Shown: in pieces, positions 36,868 through 43,903 of the stretch
Numbering within the stretch: the first letter of the stretch is position 1
Layout of the letters: every line of letters starts with the position of its first letter
Assembly (NCBI GenBank): GCA_945867235.1
Contig: CAMBHS010000002.1
Coordinates: 127 to 64,126, forward strand
Direction of reading: 5' to 3'
Source: Akkermansia muciniphila
Lineage (GTDB): Bacteria > Verrucomicrobiota > Verrucomicrobiia > Limisphaerales > SXQI01
Length of the DNA: 64,000 nt
Notes under the pieces: generated by a model
Told to the model about the DNA's origin: nothing
Database searches by the model: none
Seen by the model: only the letters and a program-made list of their open reading frames with translations
Position numbers and translations under genes: made by a program

Positions 36868-38223
36868 ATGACGATGCGACCATCGACAGAGGGAGTTGTG
36901 ACGGGCAGTGATGACGCTTTTCTGGCTTCCTACGAGCAGTTAGAAAGCCGTGACCATGGAGTGGTTCCTCCTTGGCTGATCGCGCTCCGGCGTGCGGGGA
37001 TAGCCCATTTTGGAGAGTTGGGATTTCCTACCACGGAGGATGAAGAATGGCGTTTTACAAACGTGGGAGCGATCGCCTCGCTGCCGACGCATCCGGCGCA
37101 CTCGTGGGACAATCCGCAACCGGCTGCCCGGGAGTTGGAACGGTTTACCTTTGGGCAGATGCCGTCCATTCGTCTCGTATTTATCGATGGCTGTTTTACA
37201 CCCAGTCTTTCCAGCACAGAACTGAGCGCGGAGGGGGTTGAGATTCATAGTCTCAAAAATGCGTTGCAAGCGAATGTCGATTGGGTTCAGGGACATCTCG
37301 GCAGATATTCGGGAGCGGATAAAAATGCTTTTGTGGCGCTCAACACCGCGATGGTGGAGGAAGGTGCGGCTATCCGGATTCTTCCGAATCGACGGATTGA
37401 GAAACCCATTCATTTGCTGTTTGTTTTTAATACGACGCAAAGGGGCGCGAGCATTCATCCCCGCATACTTATTGTAGCGGAACGGGGGAGTGATGCGCGT
37501 GTGCTGGAAAGCTACGAATGCCTGCAGGAAGGGGAAACTTTCACCAATGTCGTCACTGAAATCGTGATGGGTGAAGGAACGCGGTTGGAGCATTGCCGGT
37601 TGCAACTGGAAAGTAAGCGGGCGTTTCATGTGGGAACGATTCATGCCCACCAGGCGCGTTCGAGCCATTTGATCACCCATTCTATTTCGTTGGGAGCAAA
37701 ATTAGCCCGGGTAAATATCAATCCCGTGTTGGATGCGGAGGGTTGCGAATGCACCTTGAATGGACTCTACGTGGTTGATGGCGGCCAATTGGTGGATCAT
37801 CACACGGCGATTCACCACTCGAAACCCCATTGCAACAGCCACGAATTTTATCACGGCATTCTTGACGGAAAAGCCCAGGCGGTTTTCAACGGAAAGATTT
37901 TCGTGCGACCCGAGGCTCAGAAAACGGACGCCAAACAAACCAACCGCAATCTGCTTCTTTCAGACGAGGCCACCATTCATACGAAGCCGCAGTTGGAAAT
38001 TTTTGCCGACGATGTCAAATGCACCCACGGAGCGACGGTGGGTCAACTTCAGGATGAAGCGGTTTTTTATCTGCGATCCCGAGGGATCGGCAAGGATGCG
38101 GCGAGACGGATGCTGGTTCACGCATTCGCCAGCGACATTATCAATCGAATCAGTATCGAACCCGTGCGAACCGAGCTGGATCAGATCATGTTTGATTTGT
38201 TTGAACGCGAACCTGGGGTGTAA
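36868..38223 (+). CDS. sufD: Fe-S cluster assembly protein SufD
   Basis: The position after sufC and the C-terminal SufB/D-type region (TNRNLLLSDEATIHTKPQLEIFADDVKCTHGATVGQL) support the call. I set the start at the ATG at 36868, 3 bp after the sufC stop. Confidence 0.85.
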   Translation: MTMRPSTEGVVTGSDDAFLASYEQLESRDHGVVPPWLIALRRAGIAHFGELGFPTTEDEEWRFTNVGAIASLPTHPAHSWDNPQPAARELERFTFGQMPSIRLVFIDGCFTPSLSSTELSAEGVEIHSLKNALQANVDWVQGHLGRYSGADKNAFVALNTAMVEEGAAIRILPNRRIEKPIHLLFVFNTTQRGASIHPRILIVAERGSDARVLESYECLQEGETFTNVVTEIVMGEGTRLEHCRLQLESKRAFHVGTIHAHQARSSHLITHSISLGAKLARVNINPVLDAEGCECTLNGLYVVDGGQLVDHHTAIHHSKPHCNSHEFYHGILDGKAQAVFNGKIFVRPEAQKTDAKQTNRNLLLSDEATIHTKPQLEIFADDVKCTHGATVGQLQDEAVFYLRSRGIGKDAARRMLVHAFASDIINRISIEPVRTELDQIMFDLFEREPGV

Positions 38224-38285
38224 GGTAGCGGCGACACTGTTGGAAAAGTGGCCGACACCATTTTCCGATGGCGTCGCAACCTTGT

Positions 38286-38735
38286 ATGTTTGAAGAATTA
38301 AACGATCTTTATCAGCAAGTGATCATGGATCACAGCCGGAAGCCCCATAACTTTGGGATTCTGGCGGGTGCCAATTGCTGTGCGCGTGGGAAGAACCCGT
38401 TGTGCGGTGATCAGATTCAAATTTTTTTAAGCACGGAGGATCACGTGGTGAAGGATCTTCGATGGGAGGGGGACGGTTGCGCCATATTCAAAGCTTCGTC
38501 CTCATTGATGACCGATGCAATCAAGGGAAAAACGACGGCGGAGGTGAAAGTTTTGTTCGAGGAATTCCATTCATTGATCACCACTGGAAAAATGAGCGAG
38601 GATCATCATTTGGGAAAATTAGCGGTCCTGTCCGGAGTGAATCGCTTTCCAGCGCGGGTCAAGTGCGCTCTTCTGGGATGGAGGGCAGCGATGTCGGCTC
38701 TCGAGGGTAATCCGCAATCTGTAACCACTGAATAA
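38286..38735 (+). CDS. sufU: SufU-type (NifU-like N-terminal, zinc-dependent) sulfur transfer/scaffold protein
   Basis: LYQQVIMDHSRKPHNFG, NPLCGDQI, DGCAIFKASSS and RVKCALLGW carry the three Cys residues in SufU-type spacing. Confidence 0.8.
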   Translation: MFEELNDLYQQVIMDHSRKPHNFGILAGANCCARGKNPLCGDQIQIFLSTEDHVVKDLRWEGDGCAIFKASSSLMTDAIKGKTTAEVKVLFEEFHSLITTGKMSEDHHLGKLAVLSGVNRFPARVKCALLGWRAAMSALEGNPQSVTTE

Positions 38736-38739
38736 TTTT

Positions 38740-39285
38740 ATGTATTCTTCTGAACCCATTATTTTGAAACGTGATTGCCACGCGATCATGATTCCGTCGG
38801 GCACCCCCCATCTGTTTGCTGCGGGAACCGAAGTCACGATCACCCAATCTCTAGGCGGAACCTATACGGTCATAGGGGATGGGGTGATGGCACGCATTGG
38901 GGAACATGATGCCGACGCGCTTGGAATAGAAAAGCAGGCCACCACAAATGTCACCAAGGGATCGACGGGTCCGGTGAATGAGCCGCAATTATGGGAAGCG
39001 ATGAAGAATTGCTACGATCCTGAAATACCGGTGAATGTGGTGGATCTGGGATTGATCTACGACTGTAAGGTAACGCCGTTGGAAGAAGGCGGAAATAAGG
39101 TGGATGTGAAGATGACGTTGACGGCTCCCGGTTGTGGAATGGGAGGGGTCATCGCAGGGGATGTTGAGCAAAGATTATTCGGAGTTCCCGGCGTGACGGA
39201 TGTGCATGTGGAGGTGGTGTGGGATCCGATCTGGAACCAGAGCATGATGTCGGATGCCGCACGATTGCAATTGGGGTTGATGTGA
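38740..39285 (+). CDS. sufT: SUF system Fe-S assembly protein SufT (N-terminal SufT region + DUF59/MIP18 domain)
   Basis: The N-terminal region reads EPIILKRDCHAIMIPSGTPHLFAAGTEVTITQSLGGTYTV. The DUF59 block is CYDPEIPVNVVDLGLIYD...LTAPGCGMG. Confidence 0.8.
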   Translation: MYSSEPIILKRDCHAIMIPSGTPHLFAAGTEVTITQSLGGTYTVIGDGVMARIGEHDADALGIEKQATTNVTKGSTGPVNEPQLWEAMKNCYDPEIPVNVVDLGLIYDCKVTPLEEGGNKVDVKMTLTAPGCGMGGVIAGDVEQRLFGVPGVTDVHVEVVWDPIWNQSMMSDAARLQLGLM

Positions 39286-39301
39286 GTCCGGAAAATATTT
39301 G

Positions 39302-40534
39302 ATGAGCACGCGACCCGCATTGTCAGGGTATAGAAAAGATTTTCCAGCGTTGCACCAGAAAGTGCATGGGCATCCTTTGGTTTATCTCGACAATGCTGCC
39401 ACGTCGCAAAAACCGCAGGTCGTTATTGATGCACTTTCAAATTTTTACCAATGCGACAACGCCAATGTCCATCGTGGGATTCATGAGTTGAGCCATCGAG
39501 CGAGTGTCGCATTTGAGAAAACACGGGAGCGAGCCGCGAGATTTATCAACGCGCAGCACACAGAAGAAATCATTTTCACGCGCGGCACAACGGAAGCGAT
39601 CAACCTCGTGGCCAATGCTTGGGGGAGTGACGCCGTCAAGGAAGGGGATGTAATTCTGCTCACGGAGATGGAGCATCATAGCAACATCGTCCCATGGCAG
39701 ATGCTGGCTCGACGGACCGGAGCCAAACTCGCCTTTATTCCTGTTACCGGGGATGAAGGATTACTTGACCTGTCCCGCATTGATGAATTTTTAACTTCAA
39801 AAGTCCGGATCCTGGCCTTGACCCATATTTCCAACGCACTCGGCACAATTAATCCGGTGTCTGAATTATGTGCCAAGGCTCGTCGCATGGGAATTATCAC
39901 CCTTGTGGATGCGGCACAGAGTGCCGGTCATAGCCCTCTGGATGTGCGGGAGATCGGTTGCGATTTTCTCGCTCTCTCGGGTCACAAAATGTGCGGTCCC
40001 ACAGGGATCGGATGTCTCTATGGGCGGTTGGATTTATTGGAAACCATGTCCCCTTGGCAGGGGGGTGGCGACATGATTTCCAATGTAGATTTCCATGAAA
40101 GCCAATGGAACAAGGTTCCTCATAAGTTTGAAGCGGGGACTCCAAACATCGCCGATACCATTGCACTGCATGCTGCGATGGATTATCTCGATGAAGTCGG
40201 GCGGGAGCGCATCGCCGCGCACGATACGGAGATTGGGTCCTATGCTTTTGAGCAATTGAAACGGATGGGCAAGATACGACTTTTTGGGCCGCGAGAAGAA
40301 AGGTCCGGGCTTGTCAGTTTTTTATTGCACAACATTCATGCTCACGACGTAGTGACATTTGCCGACCAGCAAGGCGTGGCACTGCGAGGGGGACACCATT
40401 GCACGCAACCCTTGATGAAAAAGCTCGGTGTCAGCTCAACCTCGCGAGCGAGTTTTTATTTTTACAATACGACTGAAGAAGTGGATCACCTCATTGATGT
40501 GCTGCGAGGCATTCAAAAATTCTTCGGTGAATAA
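39302..40534 (+). CDS. sufS: Cysteine desulfurase SufS (group II)
   Basis: Diagnostic blocks are YLDNAATSQKP, the PLP Lys in LSGHKMCGPTGIG, and the catalytic Cys in RGGHHCTQP. Confidence 0.9.
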   Translation: MSTRPALSGYRKDFPALHQKVHGHPLVYLDNAATSQKPQVVIDALSNFYQCDNANVHRGIHELSHRASVAFEKTRERAARFINAQHTEEIIFTRGTTEAINLVANAWGSDAVKEGDVILLTEMEHHSNIVPWQMLARRTGAKLAFIPVTGDEGLLDLSRIDEFLTSKVRILALTHISNALGTINPVSELCAKARRMGIITLVDAAQSAGHSPLDVREIGCDFLALSGHKMCGPTGIGCLYGRLDLLETMSPWQGGGDMISNVDFHESQWNKVPHKFEAGTPNIADTIALHAAMDYLDEVGRERIAAHDTEIGSYAFEQLKRMGKIRLFGPREERSGLVSFLLHNIHAHDVVTFADQQGVALRGGHHCTQPLMKKLGVSSTSRASFYFYNTTEEVDHLIDVLRGIQKFFGE

Positions 40535-40540
40535 AACCTC

Positions 40541-41095
40541 ATGAGCGGTAGCAAACATGTCACCTTGGACGCCGGTTGCACAATGCAGGAGGTGCTTGAT
40601 GCCTTTCCCGGCGCACAACGCGCTTTGTTTAAACGATACCATATCGGAGGGTGTTCAAGTTGTGGATTTCAGCTTTCGGAAACGATTGGAGAATTAGCGG
40701 CACGTAATGGGAACTTGAATCTTGAGGAGGTTTTCCGGCACATCGAGACGAGTCACAATCAGGACGTGGCGATGCAAATTGCGTGCAGCGAACTTGCGGG
40801 ATTTCTAGGTTCAGCGGACGCCCCTCGATTGGTCGACATCCGAACTCGCGAAGAATGGGACGGGGCTCGGATTGAGGGTTCTGTTTTGTTCACCCAGGAA
40901 TTGATGCAAGAGATGCTGGGGAAATGGTCGCGTGAAGCACCGATCGTCATTTACGATCACCATGGGAAAAAAAGCATGGACGCTGCTGCGTATTTTCTAG
41001 GTCATGGGTTCAAGTCTGTCAGAGCCTTGCGCGGAGGCATTGACGCATGGTCGTGCGAAGTGGACAAGTCTGTGCCGCGTTATCGATTGGAGTGA
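40541..41095 (+). CDS. DUF1858-like CxxC domain fused to a rhodanese-homology domain (active-site Cys replaced by Asp)
   Basis: The N-terminus is VLDAFPGAQRALFKRYHIGGCSSCGF. The C-terminal rhodanese fold reads LVDIRTREEWDGARIEGS...PIVIYDHHGKKSMDAAAYFLGHGFKSVRALRGGIDAW. Against GlpE (MCYHGNSS), the Cys position is occupied by D. Confidence 0.7.
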   Translation: MSGSKHVTLDAGCTMQEVLDAFPGAQRALFKRYHIGGCSSCGFQLSETIGELAARNGNLNLEEVFRHIETSHNQDVAMQIACSELAGFLGSADAPRLVDIRTREEWDGARIEGSVLFTQELMQEMLGKWSREAPIVIYDHHGKKSMDAAAYFLGHGFKSVRALRGGIDAWSCEVDKSVPRYRLE

Positions 41096-41097
41096 TC

Positions 41098-41619
41098 ATG
41101 GAAAATAATTCGTTGCAGCAAAAAATTGCCGATGCCATCGCCAATCCGAAAAATATGGGGGAGATGGAGGAACCGGACGCTGTAGGTGCTGTGGGCAGTC
41201 CCAACTGCGGTGACATGGTTCGCATGTGGGTAAAGTTCAAAGAAGAAAACGGCAAAAAAGTCATCGACAGAGCCACGTTCCAGACATTCGGATGCGAAAC
41301 GGCGATCGCTGTGGCGAGTTTGGCAACAGAAATGATCAAAGGCAAAACCATTGATGAAGCCCTTGCATTGAGTGGTGCGGAATTGGCACAAGACCTTGGA
41401 CCCTTGCCACCCATGAAAATCCATTGTGGACAACTTGTGGAAGGAGCGTTGCGATCCGCATTGGCTCCTGATCTCACAACCACCGCGAAACCCAGTCACT
41501 CCTCAGCAAGTGGTGGCAACCTGTTCGATCAGTTTGCCGTCAATCCTGCGGCAGCACAAAAAGTTAAGATGGTCTTTTTGAAGGAGGAATCCTCCGAGAA
41601 CTCAGAGCGTTTGCAATAG
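41098..41619 (+). CDS. IscU/NifU N-terminal-type Fe-S scaffold protein with a ~50-aa C-terminal tail
   Basis: The IscU signature blocks are SPNCGDMVRMWV, FGCETAIAVAS, and PPMKIHCGQLVEGALRSAL. I set the start at the ATG at 41098. It overlaps the convergent protease gene by 18 bp. Confidence 0.8.
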   Translation: MENNSLQQKIADAIANPKNMGEMEEPDAVGAVGSPNCGDMVRMWVKFKEENGKKVIDRATFQTFGCETAIAVASLATEMIKGKTIDEALALSGAELAQDLGPLPPMKIHCGQLVEGALRSALAPDLTTTAKPSHSSASGGNLFDQFAVNPAAAQKVKMVFLKEESSENSERLQ

Positions 41620-43800
41620 TTCCGCAACGCGTTCCAAATTTACACCGCGTGGTTTTTTATCCAAAATCCACTTCAAATCCTCCTTGGCTCCGATCAAATC
41701 CCGCTCCTGATATCGCGTTATAGCGCGGCGATAACGCTCCATCGGTTCATCGGGTGAAATGGCGAGGATGATATCCAAGTATCTCAAAAGCTGATCCCGT
41801 TTTTGATCTGCAGAAACTGTAGAGGTCAAATTACGAATCATGCGAACCATGATTTCTTTTTTGGTAGCGGGAATGAAATGCTTGTCGTCCACGGAGCCGT
41901 CGGATTCTACTTCCGCCAGTCGAATTGCTTCAGCGCGTGTTAAGATTTTGCCGCCGTCAAAAACATCGATCACACGCAAGGCGCCTTCTTTGGCCTTATA
42001 CCCAACCATGAAATGACCGGGTAGCGGAAGACCGTGCAAATTGCCGATACCAAGTTTACCGCCCAATTCCAAAAATAAAACAGAAAGTGTGATCGGGATG
42101 CCCTCACGAAAATCGATCACATCACTGATGGTGCTGTTTGCCTTGTTGTAATAATCAGAACGACTTCCATGAAAACCATTCTGGTGAAAAAGAAAGTCGA
42201 TCAAACCTCCGAGTCGAGCCTCTTCATCGGCACCCTTAGAGACTAAGGAACTGGCCTCAGCCGCCATGGATTTGAGTTCAGCGCGATAGGCTGGCAGGTC
42301 TAATTGAGGGTGATCAAGACGAGCGAGTTGCAAGGTGACCTCGAAAAGATCGATGGATTCCTCGGGCTGATTGAGGAGTGTTACAATGGAAGTTTGCACG
42401 AGGCGTGCGTGAACCGCCGTAGCTTGCAGCCGGAGCTTGGCAGCCGTGGCAATCAAACGATCCGCCTCGACATTCAACCGATCACTCTCCGTTTCATTGG
42501 CAGAATCATGGATTGTGGCCACCGATGAACCGACCGAAAAATCGCTGAAGGTAGCTTTTGTATTACGGAATTTTGCCAAACCAACTTGCCCCCCACGAAG
42601 TTGGACATCGTCGCTTTCAAAAACCTGAACCCCATTCACCAAACAAAGAATGCGTTTAGGTTCCACACGCACTTTGAAAGTGTTCCATTCTCCGGATCGA
42701 TAGACTGGGTTATTTGTTTGAAGAAGGATTGACCACGAATTGATGTCAGAACCATCAAACCGAGTGAGACGAATTTGACCGGCCGTGGGATAAAATCCAT
42801 AATGTTTTTGTCCGCCATCGGCGGCAAAGGCCAGTCCAGCGGCACCTGATTCGTCTTCTAGTTTTATTCTTACTGAAACTTCGTAGGAGGTGTTGGTTAA
42901 TTCATGTCGAGACAAGCAAAGGCTGCGACCGCCGAAACCCGTTCCCAGACCTTCCACGTTAATTTTTCCAGCACGCCGACTCCAACGGGCTCCCATAATA
43001 GGGGTCCAATCTCGCGAATTTAGAGCACCCCAAGCGATCCACCTCGACATGGGAACAGTGTTTGGGTGTTCCAGCATGGGTTTGAGTTGATTGATCGGCA
43101 TCGCAAATCCAAGGTTATCCGTAATCGCGGACTTCAGGCTCAGCACTCCGATGACGCGTCCGTTGCGATCCACCAAGGGTCCTCCGCTGTTGCCAGGTTC
43201 GATAGGGATCGCCAATTGGATCAAGGTTAGATCCTCAAGTTGGCGCACGGCAGAAACAACGCCTTCCACGACGCTGTGTGTCAGTCCGCGAGGATTCCCC
43301 ATAGCGATGACCGAAGCCCCTTGTTTGATGGAATCCGAATCGCCAAGACGCAGCGGGGTCAATCCCTTCGCGTCAATGCTGATCACTGCCAGATCGGTTT
43401 TTCTATCCCACGCATGAATCCTGATGACATCGAATTTTCGGCCGTCGGACAGTTCGACATTCGCTGAACGGGCTTCTCCAATGACATGGAGGCTTGTCGC
43501 GATCAACCCATCGGACCCGATAACGAAACCTGATCCCAAACCATCCACATCCCCTTCCCTGCCGATTTGGCGGACGATCACGACGGAGGGACGCAGTCGC
43601 GCTGTCAGTGCTTCGATAGACTCGACTTTAACCTCGGGAGGAGGGGTCTTTTTTTCGCCTGATATTTTTGAACCCCGAGCAGGAACGGCTGACGATGCGT
43701 CTGGGAGAACGAAACTAAGTGCTGCTAAAAACAGACCCAACATCCTCCGAGCGAACCTGCAATTAAAAATGTTCATGCAAGAAGGTATTCGTGGAATCAC
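41602..43800 (-). CDS. Secreted multidomain protein: trypsin-like (HtrA/S1C-type) serine protease + jelly-roll (DUF1080/LamG-like) domain + SirB1-like transglutaminase-core/TPR domain
   Basis: The catalytic triad context is SLHVIGEA / KTDLAVISID / GNSGGPLVD. The middle region is GLAFAADGGQKHYGFYP...EWNTFKVRVEPKRILCLVNGVQVFE. The C-terminal DFLFHQNGFHGSRSDYYNKANSTISDVIDFREGIPITLSVLFLELGGKLGI..LPLPGHFMV matches the SirB1/Transglut_core2 pattern. Confidence 0.7.
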   Translation of the reverse strand: MIPRIPSCMNIFNCRFARRMLGLFLAALSFVLPDASSAVPARGSKISGEKKTPPPEVKVESIEALTARLRPSVVIVRQIGREGDVDGLGSGFVIGSDGLIATSLHVIGEARSANVELSDGRKFDVIRIHAWDRKTDLAVISIDAKGLTPLRLGDSDSIKQGASVIAMGNPRGLTHSVVEGVVSAVRQLEDLTLIQLAIPIEPGNSGGPLVDRNGRVIGVLSLKSAITDNLGFAMPINQLKPMLEHPNTVPMSRWIAWGALNSRDWTPIMGARWSRRAGKINVEGLGTGFGGRSLCLSRHELTNTSYEVSVRIKLEDESGAAGLAFAADGGQKHYGFYPTAGQIRLTRFDGSDINSWSILLQTNNPVYRSGEWNTFKVRVEPKRILCLVNGVQVFESDDVQLRGGQVGLAKFRNTKATFSDFSVGSSVATIHDSANETESDRLNVEADRLIATAAKLRLQATAVHARLVQTSIVTLLNQPEESIDLFEVTLQLARLDHPQLDLPAYRAELKSMAAEASSLVSKGADEEARLGGLIDFLFHQNGFHGSRSDYYNKANSTISDVIDFREGIPITLSVLFLELGGKLGIGNLHGLPLPGHFMVGYKAKEGALRVIDVFDGGKILTRAEAIRLAEVESDGSVDDKHFIPATKKEIMVRMIRNLTSTVSADQKRDQLLRYLDIILAISPDEPMERYRRAITRYQERDLIGAKEDLKWILDKKPRGVNLERVAELLQTL

Positions 43801-43903
43801 TTACCCTAGTCGAACCCTAGGTTTCCTGTCGGATAGGGTCAAGCGGTCATAAAACCAAAACTGATTATTTATGGGTAGCGGGTTTACGAAATAAAATCAC
43901 GGT

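Noticed and set aside
36940-37680. Long antisense ORFs inside well-supported genes: 246 aa opposite sufD; 8933-9493 opposite the aldehyde dehydrogenase gene; 25810-26436 and 24743-25291 opposite the TIM-barrel and Gfo genes; 17308-17805 opposite UPF0261; and many opposite the giant LamG gene.
   Set aside because: Their translations are low-complexity and rich in R, S, P and C, with no recognisable motifs. Each lies fully inside a gene whose product has strong family signatures. Such shadow ORFs are expected in GC-biased coding sequence.
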